This document shows positions 11,213 to 24,014 of a stretch of 64,000 nucleotides of DNA, in pieces. Position 1 is the stretch's first letter. Each line of letters begins with the position of its first letter. This DNA comes from Fistulifera solaris (lineage: Eukaryota): assembly GCA_030295235.1 (NCBI GenBank), contig AP026140.1, positions 930,001 to 994,000 on the forward strand. The letters are read 5' to 3'. The notes beneath the pieces were generated by a model that was given only the letters and a program-made list of their open reading frames with translations, did no database searches and was not told where the DNA came from. Both the position numbers and the translations under genes were made by a program.

Positions 11213-11517
11213 ATGACAGGATCACGCGTCTCGGGCATTCAACGCGATGTCTTTTCATTATACCGACGCGTCTTACGGCAAGCGCTGCAAAGGATCGTAC
11301 GGTCGATGCCTCCGCCACGGCCTCGTTGCCGTCTTTGCCACACTTGTTGCATCAACCTTCTTCTACTACCAATTACGCAGCACACGAATTTCGACGGCAG
11401 GCGGCTTCGGTAGCGCGATCCGACTTTAAGAAAATTGAATTTTTGTTGCGACAAGGAGACAAACAAATCAAATTATTGAATATGCCCGGAGTGCGGCGTG
11501 TCGTGCGGACCGAATGA
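11213..11517 (+). CDS. SDHAF1: Succinate dehydrogenase assembly factor 1 (LYR family); frameshift near 11290
   Basis: SGIQRDVFSLYRRVLR (LYR motif) joined to EFRRQAASVARSDFKKIEFLLRQGDKQI, the Sdh6/SDHAF1 pattern. Confidence 0.8.
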
Positions 11518-11615
11518 CAGTTTATAGAAAGATGTATATGATGAAGACTCAAATGTGTACAGTGGATATAACGGGGCTTTGTAAATAAACAGTTGACGGT
11601 TGTATAAAAAGTCAT

Positions 11616-12737
11616 TCATGACATCGACTCGGTTCTTATCATATCGGTAAACGCGAGAATCGTCGTCGTCGCGAGAGATGCATTGATACTAGTACTTGGA
11701 AAAGGAGGGACAGCATCAATTTTGCTCTTGGGAAATTGAAAGGCGGGCACGACCCATTCTCCACACGAACACGGTGTTCCTGACCAATTCCATGTTCCCA
11801 GTTTCGCTTCACATTTTTGACAAATCAATCGTCCCAGTGTTTCTCGTAAATCGTTGTCTAACTGATTTGTCGAGGACGACGCCTTGGGTTTCATCCACGG
11901 TAACGATTGCTGCAAAAAGTAACTTTGACATGGTTTCGAACTGGTTTTAGCGTTGTGCTCGATCAAATCGTCTTGACCAAAGAGAATATTCCGACAGATC
12001 CGGCATGCGTATCGTACTTTGTTAGGATCAATGACATGTTCTTCTTCTTCTTCATCATCCTCCTTCGTTTGCTGATGTTGTTCAAGAGCTAATTGTTCCA
12101 GTCGTTGTCTTTCTGCTTCTCGCTCTTGCTCGAACAATTGCCATTCTTGTATCCGTGTCTGACCGACACTTCGAATCAAATGCACCATTTTTCCGGGCCC
12201 CATGGTTCCGTTTCGTATTACCACTTCTTTTTCTTCCAAAGAAAGCGCCTGATAGGCTTGCAATTCGTCCGATAGCGTCGTGTAGGGTGGCGAGGGTTCC
12301 ATAATATGGATCGGAATATCGATCGAAAAGAGAGTCTGAAAGTAGGAGTGAATGTGCTGAGAGCAAGTGCCGTTGTCGATTCCATTGCCAATGACTAGAT
12401 CAGACACAACAGGAAAGCAAAAATCACCCTCTGGATTTGAAATCGTGCCTTGTTGATTCGCCAAATCCAACAGACTGGCGGGTAATGTCACGTCGGATGG
12501 CGGTAGTAACTCGGGATGATAATTAACATTCACCAGGTAGGCAATCCATTCCTTGATTGTTTCATCACGATATCGATCGAATTGGGCGACACAGGGCAGA
12601 TACTGTAGCATTGTGGTGTGTGAATTGTTGTCATCGTTTTCGTCGTTGTTACGTTCGTGTAGCAGTGAGATGATTCGCGTCAGTCGGGGTAAATTACTGG
12701 CGATCACAGCTATACGGCAAATGTTCTTGTCTGCCAT
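11616..12737 (-). CDS. Protein with a DUSP12/YVH1-type C-terminal Zn-binding domain and no visible phosphatase motif
   Basis: YACRICRNILF...CQSYF..LPWM..GRLICQKCEAKLGTWNWSGTPCSCGEWVVPAFQFPKSKID. No HCxxGxxR in the ORF. Confidence 0.75.
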   Translation of the reverse strand: MADKNICRIAVIASNLPRLTRIISLLHERNNDENDDNNSHTTMLQYLPCVAQFDRYRDETIKEWIAYLVNVNYHPELLPPSDVTLPASLLDLANQQGTISNPEGDFCFPVVSDLVIGNGIDNGTCSQHIHSYFQTLFSIDIPIHIMEPSPPYTTLSDELQAYQALSLEEKEVVIRNGTMGPGKMVHLIRSVGQTRIQEWQLFEQEREAERQRLEQLALEQHQQTKEDDEEEEEHVIDPNKVRYACRICRNILFGQDDLIEHNAKTSSKPCQSYFLQQSLPWMKPKASSSTNQLDNDLRETLGRLICQKCEAKLGTWNWSGTPCSCGEWVVPAFQFPKSKIDAVPPFPSTSINASLATTTILAFTDMIRTESMS

Positions 12738-13563
12738 GTTGACATATCAAAGCGAACAGAAGGAATTAGAATCATATGCCACATACATTTGTAAACATTT
12801 GTTTTCGCCATGGTCGTTTCGCGAGAGAAACCGATGGCGGCGACGACGACGACGAGCGCGGACTTTTCTGTGAAGCTACTATAGCGTATAAAGTAGATTA
12901 CTTTTTTGACCCACGACCCAATCATGTTTCAAGTCCCGGAAATAGCGATCGAAACATTTTGTTGTTCCACTGAGTTTAAAATACTTCTCCTGGAATCACC
13001 TGCTAATAGTCTAGCTCATTATCTGCAAACAACCTAACTCTCGAAACGCTGCTACAGTTGTTGTTCCTGTCTTGTTGGCTCTGTTTTGCGAGTGAATCGC
13101 GCATCCTTTTTAATAGCTGAAAAGCAGACTATTCCAGTCCTAGAAAATATGAAACAAAACTAAGTAAAGACGCCGAGTCTAAAAAATTCTTCGACCCACG
13201 GAAGTACGATGACAGCGATTTGTTGTAACTGCGCCTGTATCCTTTTCATCGTTTCGGATATCGACTGTTTTGAAAGTAATACTCCGTACCTGATTTCTCG
13301 ACCAGTTCGAATGAACAGTTCGAGTAACTGAATTCAACTAAGTATAGGAAAGTCTAATTCGCTACAGGAAGTAATAATAACCGTTTGATCGCTAGTTCTG
13401 TTCATAGCTTGTTGCACTGAGTAAGCAAAGTTCCGCACTTATCTGTTGTTGCTTCCACGACCTCATTCTCAGTTGACGCGTATCGTTCATCGAGATTTGC
13501 TCTCCACGATGTACCTCCAAAGCGCTCACTTATTAAAACCTATGTAATGTTATTGCTTGTGAA

Positions 13564-14045
13564 CTAGAACAGATAGACCAATCCGTAAAACAATGTCCAG
13601 AACAAGGTAAACGACAATGCCGTCGGTTGAAATCCCTCCGTCCAGTACCCGAACCAGGTTTGTTGTGTATACGTTTGCAAGGACATGCCCGACATTTTCG
13701 TCATGGCCATGATGACGCAAACGAACGTATGGGATGCTAAAAAGAAGACTACGACATGCGGAAAACAAAAGGATACGTGAACAGAGTGTCAGTCGATAAA
13801 TGAGTCTTTCCATTTGTGATGCTTGCATCCAACGTACCCAATCCTTGCAATCCCGTACAACCCAGTATGCCCGCAATACACCCCGAAGTTATACTCATGA
13901 CGGAACGAATGCGATCCAAACGCTTCATATTGAGTTGCAACGCCATGCCGTCGATCACTTGCTTGCTGTTGGTCGAACTCGTCGTTACGGTATTATTGTT
14001 GTTGTCGCCTCCCGACGTCAAGCCGGCCATCGGATCTTGCATCAT
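13564..14045 (-). CDS. EMC6: ER membrane protein complex subunit 6; intron 13837-13749
   Basis: NMKRLDRIRSVMSITSGCIAGILGCTGLQG; spliced exon 2 ends FTLFWTLFYGLVYLF stop. Confidence 0.9.
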
Positions 14046-14284
14046 GGTTGAAAATGTAAGTTATTAAGTAACAGAAGATAAACAAAGAGATTAAGGACTT
14101 TATACAACAAGACAGTAGTCTAGACGAATGATAAAAAAAGAGGTGCGCAATGCATCGTGTTGACGGTTGGCCTACAGACATTAGCCATTGCGAATTGCGA
14201 TTTGCGATCGCGGCCTCGTCGTCCTTCATCGCGAATCGCGATAAACAATAGATCTGAATAAGATATGCATACTATGTATATACG

Positions 14285-17200
14285 TTAAGGTAATTCAGCC
14301 CCAACCTGAGATATCAAACCCTCGGCTGGACGGTTTAATTCATTCAGAACATGGCTACGTCCTCCGATTCGAGCACCGCACTCGGGGCAGTTGGATTCCT
14401 GCATGGCACCCCCACATTCACCAATGAAATAAGGATGGCCGTTAGGGCATTCGAACCAGTGCGCCGACCAGCTACCGCCGTAATTGTACCCCGAAATAAC
14501 GTTCATAGCCATGACAATGTCGACGATTTCGGAATTGTCCAATTGTTGCTTCATCGTTTCAGCCCGAGACACCAGTTCATTGCCAAGAATGTTTCCCTTT
14601 TCAATGATCCAGTCCATCATCAATTCGGCTTTTTCTTTGCATTCATATCCGGGAAAGCGACCAGATCGGGAAAGTCTACAGAGAAGTGACGCGAATGCAA
14701 GGCGCAAGTTGGCGCCAGATCTCGTGCTTTCGGATTCATCGGCAAGTGAAATGCCTTTTCGATACGTTTTGATTGCCGCGTCGAAACGTTCCTGGACCAT
14801 TGGAGGGGTTTCCTCTCTACTTTTGGATGCACCGCTCATGAGATCCTTTTTCAGAAACCGTTCAATCTGCTGGGAATAAACTCGTCCTTTGAGCTCCAGC
14901 GTCGCAAGTAGCGGGATGGTCGGAGGCGAAGGAACTTCCATCGAATGAGCGGATGACAGACACGCATGTTTCACTTTTCGCATGGGGCTGATCATGATAA
15001 AGGTCTCGAGGTCATCCAGATTTTTCAAGAGGTAGGGCTCCCTGTATATTTTCTTTTCTTCGTAAAGACTTTGCAAGGCTTGTAGATTGCTTTGAACAAC
15101 AAAAGGTGCTTTCTCTCCAAGCTCCGCAATCCTTTTAAGTTCAAGAAACGCCCATATCGACGCACTGAGTGTATAACTGCCCTGCAGTCGGGGCATACCG
15201 CTGGTTTTTCATTGACGTCGGAATCCAGTAGGTTCTTCAGTCCAATGAACTCATCGGTTCGGGGGCATATCTCGTATACTTCAGTCATTGCGAGAAGCCC
15301 ATCCAAGGTGCTAGACGCATAGAAATGTCCACAGGGAAGAACAATAATGGGGTCTTCACTCACGTCATGGTTGTTGTAGTCGTTCATTCCAATCATATCA
15401 ACGACATGGGACTTCACCCAATCTTCTCCGCACTCCTTGCAGTAACTTCTTCGAGGGACAAGGCTCACCACAGACTGAAGGACAAATATGCCCACATTCG
15501 AGCTCCTTTTGGCATCGCTGAAATAGAGAGAAATGCAGTTTTTCGAAATGGTTCGTGAGGAGACCCAGATGATCAAGAAGCGTCAAATCTTACCTTGTTA
15601 CACGGCAGCCTTGTGCAAGGAGCACCACAAACGACGTCGCAACGGCCCTGGTGCTCACATTTCCACACACACTCCTCGACACAAGAAGCGCACTATTGTC
15701 ATAGCTATCAGTAACTCATCGATTGCAAAGAAAGGCATGTACAAACACAAAGGAACTCACCGGCTCGTGACAGACTTTTGGGCATCCTGAGTGGCTGCAT
15801 TTCACCGCACATCGCTGCGAACAAGGTGGACAAGCACCGCCGCCGTGGCATTCTTGCCCGCAGTTATGGCCGCAAACTAATATGCGCTCGCATTTTTGGC
15901 CGCAGAAGTGGTCACCTTCGCAAAGTCCACATTGATGAACACATGGGTGACCGCATACCTTTACCGGTTTCTCGCACTTCATCGGACACAAAGGAGATGG
16001 CAGATTGGCATTGCTGCAACTGGTTTCGGCAGTGTGGCCGCATGTAGTGAATACGTGTGTGACAGGATGCCTGCATTTCGTCGTCATAATCTCGACTTGT
16101 TCCTAGTTGCAGACTTGGTAGCATTGTGCGTTGTCCAATGTGTGGGAGCAGTTCAACCGAACCCTTCCCATATTGACCTTACAGGGCCCGCACTTCTCTT
16201 TGCAAAGCTTGTTACAGGAATGCTCAAATGGACATTCAGGTGGGACTCGTTTGCAAGGTTTACAGCAGTTCCGCTGAAGAGTTCTGTGATCTCTGTCGTT
16301 CGGATGGCAGCAGGAATAGCATTCGTGACCGCATTCCATTCTGAAGTTGCATGGCCTAGTGCAGCCACCGTTCGGCCGGTGCATTCTCCAGTCTTCCATT
16401 TCTGAAAGTATAACAGGGTCGTCCTCTGGATGTAAAGAGCAGTAAGTAGGAAGACCCGGTAGAAGCCTTCCTTCGGTCATCATCCGGTCAAGAATAGGAT
16501 CCCAGACCTGCTTTCCTTTCGAGTTTCGCAAGGCGGACGAGTTACCAATAATAAACAAACCGTACTTTGCGCGTGACATCAGAACATTTACTCTTTGCGC
16601 CTCTTTGAGAAATCCTATATCTCCTTTTGTATTGGATCGGACAAGTGATATGACAACAAGATCAGATTCCTCACCTTGAAAATTGTCGATTGTAGAACAT
16701 CTGACACTATTATCGGATTCTTGATCACGTAAGCTCTCGCTTTCTTCTCCAATATCTTCCAAGTCTTGTCGGTCCTTTTCGTTCACACAAGCAATTGCTT
16801 CAGGAAGTCGATCTTTTACTTTCTTTAGTATACTCATGAGCTGTCCAAGATAAGGCGTCAGGATGGCAATTCGACTCGGTGCATAGCCCTGCAACAAAAG
16901 AAATCGAACAATCTCTACAGCCAGTTGCGCTTCAAAGCTATTCGACTTGGTTCTCACCAAATGTGGGTCTTCATCGTTTGTATCTGCACCATCTTCGAGT
17001 ACTTGATGATTTATAAAGACGCCGTCTTTTGTGACCCCTTTGACGTGCGGAAACTCGCGAACCGAGCAATGATCTTCTAGCTTGGGGTAGGTTTGAGACC
17101 TAATAAACTGTGAGATTTCGGGGTGCATTCTGTGTTGAACGTTCAGCGTAGTAGAAGGTAAATTTGACAGAACTAATCTTTCAAATAGAGAACAGTCCAG

Positions 17201-19695
17201 ATCATATCCATTCCCCGACACCGTTGAAAGAGAGTAATTCTCTACTTACGGACGAAGTTGCTTGTGGTCCCCTATCATGATTAAATGCTTTGTAGAGTCA
17301 GCTTGTAAAGCGGACAAAACGTGACTTTCAAGAACTTCTCCTGCTTCTTCGATAATGATGACGCCTGCAGCTTTGGAACCTAGCAAGTCCTTGAAGTTCA
17401 CCGCACCCGTAGTTGTTGCGCCGATAACCCGGGCGTCGTCTAAGATTCGTAAATCATCCCACTGTCTAATTGCATCGCGATCGCGAAGTAAAGCACCGTA
17501 GGTCTTCATCAAGGCTCACAGCTCATTAATCGACCCAGCAAGAACTCGGGTTTCCCATGCAGTTTTGAGCTGGAGTCGAACGCCGTGCGGCAAATCCCAA
17601 ATGTCTTCAAACTCAGCAGGGCAAGAAGCGTCAAGTTTGTTCCGCAGAAAGCTAGGAAACGAATCTCCTTTGATCCATTTTTTCCAGAGCTCGTCTTTTT
17701 CTGAATGATTTTCCATCTTGACCTGTCGTTGTAAATCCGTCGGCGTCTTGTGAAAAATCCGGAAAGCAATCATAATAATCTGGATACTCTTCTTGCAAAA
17801 GTACACGGATCCCTCCATCCGGGTAAAACCAGCTCACACCAGCTTTCAGAACCCTTATAATCTCTTCGATATCCTCAATCATGGAATAGAGTTGAGCGTC
17901 TATTCTCTTGATAAAACGAGAATCACTTTCAAATGCCTTGGTACGCACAAGTTCACGAAGAGAATATCCGCTCAGTTTTTCCGACTTCGATCTGCATCCC
18001 AATCGAACAATCCTCCTCTCTCCAGCTTCAAGCATATGCTCCAGGAACTGATCCAGAGCGTGGTTCGTATAGCAAATGCAGAGTATGGACTGATCCGTGT
18101 TAGCTCGAATCATGCGAGCAATCAGACCCCGATGAATGTTTTTCCAGTTCCGGGCGGTCCTTGGATTAGCGAGACTCTCGATGTAAAGGCATGCTTAAGC
18201 GCATCTGCCTGGCTAGGATCCAAGCTGGTGTATCGCACAATATCAGCAGATGACCATGAAGAAAGGCTACATTGATGTCGCTTAAAACTCGAGTCACAGG
18301 GCATCATGATGATGTCTGGGAGGTAGGTGGGAGCACGGGGAGATTTCGGCACGGCAAGGTTGCACAGCTCTTCAAGAAATGGAAGAGAATACTTTGATTG
18401 AAGCGACAACAGTACCGGCTGATAGGTGAAAAATGATGACGATGTTTCAACTAAGTCATAGCTTGGGCGGTTTCGGAACATGCGAGCATCATGTAAGGCC
18501 TGTTGAAAATCTTTTGTATTGGGCTCAAAGGACACACCCACAATCGGCCCACGAGGATGGTTAAGCCAGTCATCTTCAGCTTCCCAGTTCCGGTGTGATA
18601 TTTTCCCTATTAGTTTTGGCTGCCCATTCGTACAAAAGGTAACAATGGAACCGTACATCAGTGCACGGGAGATTTCCCAATTGGGATTACCATCAGGAAG
18701 TGGATCAATCCGCACCTGAAAGGTAAGTGCTTTCTTGGTTCCGAAACCTGTAAAGGCAAAATCGATAATTCTGGCATTCCTCCATGACCTCGTTTGCGTC
18801 TCAATATGATCCTTAATCGTATGAAGTGCATCCTCTCTCAAAAGTCGAAAATGCTTGTCCAACAAGCGTGTTGCAGGATCGTCAATAATGGCGTTGTCAT
18901 CACGAAGAGGAAGCCAAGCTTTTGTTTTGCAGCAGAGTTCATCGATTGTCGGTAGAATCTGAATGTCACGAAAATTTTGTTCGTCGTTGTCGTGTCGTCC
19001 ACACGGCGGGACATTATCAGTTACCCAGCAAACAGAACCTTTACTAGATTTCGTTTCAAATGCAGGGATCTTTTGGTGGCTGCGCTGCGTTCATCTACCA
19101 GTAAAACGGCGCAAAGTGTAGCTGCATCAATGTCGCCTCGATTACGTAGAGCTTTTGCCATAGTCATGACTGATTCAGACTTTCTAACTTCCATAAAAGC
19201 CTTTGAAATTTCTTGGAGAAAGAGGCAAAGCCATTCGGCTGCCTCTTGTTCAAGCGACGAAGCGGCTTTTTGTTCAAGGAGCATCTCCGTCAGACTAGGA
19301 GATATATAAATTGCCATCAGAACCTTGTTGCGCTTGGGTAAAAACATGGGCTTCGAAAGTTCTTTATCCAAAAAGAGACGAAGTAAGCGAATTAGAATGT
19401 CTTTGATATCATCCAAGGAATCCATAAACCCCAGAATCTCGGGAATGCGCTGCATGCCACAGTTCCGAGCATCGTCGAGCTTGTCGATCAATTCAGCTTT
19501 TGAAGAGAAGTTTTCCATTCCTTCAGTAAAGCGGAATACCTGATGTGTAGTAGACAATGTTGCCGTCTCATCTCTAACTAATTTATCAAACAGTCGTCGT
19601 TTGAAAGAGTAATCACCACCACGCCCCCCAAACGATCTGCGCGGCGTCGAGTATCCACGTCCTCCGTAGCTCGACCTAGATGAAAATGATCGCAT
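14285..19695 (-). pseudogene. ZNFX1-like SF1 (UPF1-like) helicase + NFX1 Zn fingers + RING-like + RZ finger; disrupted
   Basis: GRHDND..FRDIQILPT, LDKHFRLLRED, QGPPGTGKT, CYTNHALDQFLE, IIEEAGEVLE, IGDHKQLRP, STIDNFQGEE, Cys-rich NFX1 repeats, and HWFECPNGHPYFIGECGGAMQESNCPECGARIGG. In-frame stops TGA 17516-18, TAA 17246-48 and TAG 16103-05, plus about 5 indels. Two introns near 15760-15693 and 15594-15519. Confidence 0.85.
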
Positions 19696-20938
19696 ACTTG
19701 CGCTTTTCGTAGTCACTTCGCCTTTCTGTTCGTGCAAACACTGTCGAAGATAAAGCGACATTATTGAGCTTAACGTATTTGACTTCATTGTGATAGCGTA
19801 ACCTTCGAACACTCACCTTCTAACTGTACGTGGGAAAGTTTCGATCGATCCGGTTGTCGTTGTATTTCACTATTTGAGTCGCAGCATCAACTTGGCTCGC
19901 ACACTCTTCTCTCCGTGTATGATTTGAGATGCAAGGAAGACGGTTTGATGTCCAGATATGATGTGATGTTCAGTTCGACGATGATGATTCTGAACGACTG
20001 GTTTAGGAGATCCTGTTGGTAGAGCGTGTAGTTTTTCGAGTGAAGATCTTTTCGAAAAAAAGATCCCCGACATGTGATTGGTTCACGAAAATACCCCAGG
20101 CGTCCCGCCAAGTTTGCGAACACTGTTCTCATTCCCAAACATTGCGAGGGTCTCATGCTACAATTTGACGACCGACCGACCGGCTAAGGGAAAGGTGATA
20201 GTGATCAGCACTTTTAACATTGTCAATGGGCTTGCTGTACATCGGATATTCTGAATTTCTGAAACTTTTCAAGAACCTCCTCAAAACTCCATCTCACGTT
20301 GAACGACTCTTCAACAGATATAATTCTCGCTAGGACGAAGAGACGGAATAAAGCTAGACGGTAACATTGTTGTATATGTTGCCGAGGACATGCAATGACT
20401 TCAAAAAGTCTGCGCAAGACCGACTAAGTCGCTAAGGACGAGGCGCACGCAATGCAGTCCAGGCTCCAAGGCGAAAATGCTGCTCAATTATAAATCAAAA
20501 GCTTTGTAAGGAAAATTAACTGAATATATCATTCACCCAACCAAAATTTTGAATAATAGCAGCGTTTTTCATTGTTTTATAGCACGCGACGCGGCGCGAC
20601 GAATGACGCGATAGCGTATAAATCATCTCATGACTGAAATGCAGTCGTGACGAAAGTCGCCTTCTCTTTAGGTCTATAGTAAATAATACAGAAAAACTTC
20701 ATGATGCATTTTTCTAGCAATAGTGAATCAAGAAACGCCGTCCTTAAACTACCATCATTGACTTTATCTTCATTCGCAATAGGATGCTAGCTACACTTGA
20801 CCACTTGCAGGACGAAGGGAGGCAAGATGGTAGTCTCGTTCGGCTTGGTGTGCATTGAAATAGGCGGGGCGTTCTGGCGATAGGTGCGACTATGCACATC
20901 ATTATCCGACTATTTTACTACTATAAACACTTTTACTT

Positions 20939-21607
20939 TTAACAAAATTCATGCCAGGTGATAGTTTGACGACACGTCGGGCACTTCTCACCCCCTTGTT
21001 CGATCCATTGATAGAGACAGGGCAGATGAAAATACGTTTGATTGATGCCACAACCACATTGCGTGGGCATCCGCGGATTGCTCTCATCAAAACCCTCCAA
21101 GCAAATGACGCATTCATCACCCGTCATGACATCGTGCCGCAAACTCATGATTTTGGCCATTTCGTGTTGCAATTGCGAACCGGGCAAAACAATTTCGTGG
21201 GGACTGAGTGTCGGATACGATCCCGATGAATGAAAATCGCAAGCGGTTCGTAGCGGTGAGTTCATGGAACGAGAGGAGGAGGATGGTTTTAGGTCATCTT
21301 CGGTTGCTAGTCGTTTGTGAAAGCGTGGCCGAAACATTCGAAACAGTCCGCCTCCGCGGACGGTCGGTGGTGGCGGCGGAGTAGTTTGACCCGTGTCCTG
21401 TGGTTCGTCGCGTTCTACGACTGCTGGCTGTGCTGGTAAAGTTGTAAATGTATCGTTGTTACTATTGTTGGTCGAGAGAAGCAAGGACGATGAAGCGGAA
21501 GCAGTGTGATGTGGGTGTTCATGCGAAGCGCTCGCACTGCTGATATCGTCTTCGTCGTCATCGACATTACAACAGACCCGAAACAAACATTGTAATACAG
21601 CTCCCAT
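20939..21607 (-). CDS. RING-type E3 ubiquitin ligase, probably N-acylated
   Basis: CVICLEGF..CGCG..FHLPCLYQW..CPTC at the C-terminus. N-terminal MGAVLQCLFRVCC resembles myristoylation/palmitoylation signals. Confidence 0.8.
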   Translation of the reverse strand: MGAVLQCLFRVCCNVDDDEDDISSASASHEHPHHTASASSSLLLSTNNSNNDTFTTLPAQPAVVERDEPQDTGQTTPPPPPTVRGGGLFRMFRPRFHKRLATEDDLKPSSSSRSMNSPLRTACDFHSSGSYPTLSPHEIVLPGSQLQHEMAKIMSLRHDVMTGDECVICLEGFDESNPRMPTQCGCGINQTYFHLPCLYQWIEQGGEKCPTCRQTITWHEFC

Positions 21608-22112
21608 TTTATCTATTTACTAATGGCAGCAGGAAGCGTCACTTCTATTGTTCACTCAAACAATAGTTGAACGAAGGCACGACACGAAGATAGCGTGGCG
21701 GCAGAAAAAGAACAACATCCAAAACACACGCGATAAATCTTTTGACGAGTCGTGTTTCATTCACGAGTGACGAAGGAGACACTACTTCATGAACTACAGT
21801 AGATCGAGTACCGCTTAAAAGCAATGGGCCAATCACAACGGATCGAATTTGGCGACGCATCGTGGGAGGGACGGGCGCGGTTTTTCTTTAAAGGGCTCGC
21901 TCAAAAACGCGACGCAAAAATTCTTTCGCATTCATTCTTTCCTTTCGCCTCCATCGAAGGATCGCAACCTTATTGAAACCAGCTATTAGCAACAAAACTT
22001 TATAATAGATCATAATGAATCGAAATGACTTGAACGACGCCTTTTGTTTGGATGAATCATCGGCGACATTGGATGCGAGCGTTCTCAAGACACCCTCATC
22101 GGCGCCCTCCCC

Positions 22113-22704
22113 ATGAATTCTTCCTTTGCGATGAATGAATCCGCCTTCTCCGACGAACATCGACAAGATCATTCAGCGACAAATGACGCCGAGGAGGAAT
22201 CGATTGCTCTGGCCCGACAACTCATGGCCGAAGAAGCCATGGCTTCGTACCAAAGTTCCTTTCAATTGTTGCAACAACACGCCACGCAATTTTCACCCGA
22301 AGACTATCAAGCCTTGCAGGCCGCCATGATGGAGGATGATGATCAATTGGCTCAATTGAATGATGAGGTCGATGAAGATGAAGGAGATGGCTCGGCGTAT
22401 GAGACTTTGTTGGACTTGTCAGAACGCATCGGTGATGTCAAAGCCGAACGATGGTCGTGGCGGGCACCGCACGAAATTGCCAAATTGCCCTCCTTTGTCT
22501 TTTTCGAGCGTAGCGACTCCTTCTGCAGTGACGACTCGCGATGACTCGGAATGCAAGTGCTTGGTTTGTCAGTGCGAATACGAAAATGGCGAACAATTGT
22601 GTCGATTGCCGTGTCAACACACTTTTTCACATGGACTGCGTCCAGCCTTGGTTGATGAAGAAGGACGTATGTCCCTATTGTCGTCAATGTATTGTAAAGG
22701 ATGA
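22113..22704 (+). CDS. RING-H2 E3 ligase (RNF165/BIG BROTHER-like); two frameshifts
   Basis: UIM-like EESIALARQL, YETLLDLSERIGDV, and CLVCQCEYENGEQLCRLPCQHTFH.DC..W..CPYC after correcting T-runs near 22500 and 22627. Confidence 0.8.
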
Positions 22705-22889
22705 ATGAACTACGCGGTGCACGCGATAGTCATTGCGAATGATCGAATGACGAGCAGTCTCCTATGAGTCTCGAATCATTCGATCCAGATTAATTCAGCG
22801 AAACGCGAGTAATGCCAGTGATAAGTTGGTTTAGCTACTGCTTCTATTTCTAAAAATGTCTTCGTCATCAACACTACTCCAATTCACTA

Positions 22890-23654
22890 TTATGTTTCCG
22901 CTAATTTCCCAACAATGGGATACATTTTTCGCTCCGTAAATGTCTTTTTCCAGTCATTCATGGTTTTGATTTGTTTTTCGTTCAGTGGTTCCTCCTCCCC
23001 CGTCATCGCAAACATTTCATCGTCCAGTCGCATGGTCGCCAAGGCCCGCGTAGCATCGCGACCGGCTAATTTGTGATAAGGACCTCCTGGTCCATAGAAG
23101 GATACACCACCAAAGGACATGTCAAACACATCCTGATCGACGGCAATATAAATGGGTGGAGTCGCATATCCTTCGGGGATGGGTGCTTCCGGAGTGCCAT
23201 TGTATTTCGCTAGTTCTTCCTGACGAATGATACGATGCGGGTCAGGCATGTCAAAAATCAATTTCCCCATTACAGGATAATGTCGATAATATTGAAACTT
23301 TTCCAACCACTGATCCAATTCCATTCGTTCTCCGGCATTGAGTTGAGTCCGATCGACGGAAATATCCAAATACTGCTCATCGAACGCAAATTTCGACAAG
23401 GCAATCCCACATTCGCGTCCGGCAAAGGTCGCGTACGGACCTCCGGGGCCGTAAAAGTCGCGGCCGTCACTGACATCAAAGACGGTTCCCGCGACCGACA
23501 AATAGACGGGTTTGTGTTGTGGATTCGGGACGCCATCTTCGAGTTCACCATTGAAATGACGCAATTGTTGGGCAGTGAAATTGCGGAGTGGTTCTTTCTC
23601 GTCTTGTTCTTCCTGCGGTGTGGATTGTTTCGGTGTTGATGAAGAGGATGACAT
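22890..23654 (-). CDS. Steroid/heme-binding protein with two cytochrome b5-like (MAPR) domains
   Basis: Two repeats of (V/I)Y..V...VFD(V/M)S.G..FYGPGGPY...AGR; both end YP(V/I)(M/V)GKL. Confidence 0.88.
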   Translation of the reverse strand: MSSSSSTPKQSTPQEEQDEKEPLRNFTAQQLRHFNGELEDGVPNPQHKPVYLSVAGTVFDVSDGRDFYGPGGPYATFAGRECGIALSKFAFDEQYLDISVDRTQLNAGERMELDQWLEKFQYYRHYPVMGKLIFDMPDPHRIIRQEELAKYNGTPEAPIPEGYATPPIYIAVDQDVFDMSFGGVSFYGPGGPYHKLAGRDATRALATMRLDDEMFAMTGEEEPLNEKQIKTMNDWKKTFTERKMYPIVGKLAET

Positions 23655-24014
23655 GACGGTTGTAGTGAAATGATAACCAATGTAAACGGCTAACACAATG
23701 CAAATATACTTTTGAAAAGAAAAGGCGTGTGTGTGCGATTACGTAAAAAAAGGAAACAAACAGCAGTGAGAAAGTACGAGCTATTACGCAGCCAGCACGC
23801 ATTATTCCTTCACTGAAATCGACTTACACCCAGCGAGCCGCTCGTTCCTGTCCACTGATCTAATGATTGTGAGAAGGAAGAGAGCCACGTGCTCATACTG
23901 AAAATCGTTCTAAAATTTTTAACTATCAATTCAATAGAAATGATGTTTGGACATTGCCGGCATTTTGGCTGATGCGATATCTTTCCGCGATGATGAACAA
24001 CGCATTATTTCTTT

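Noticed and set aside
16103..17518. Stop-codon readthrough, selenocysteine or an alternative genetic code in the ZNFX1-like gene
   Set aside because: Three different stop codons are involved, and neighbouring genes terminate normally at TAA, TAG and TGA. Nonsense mutation is simpler.
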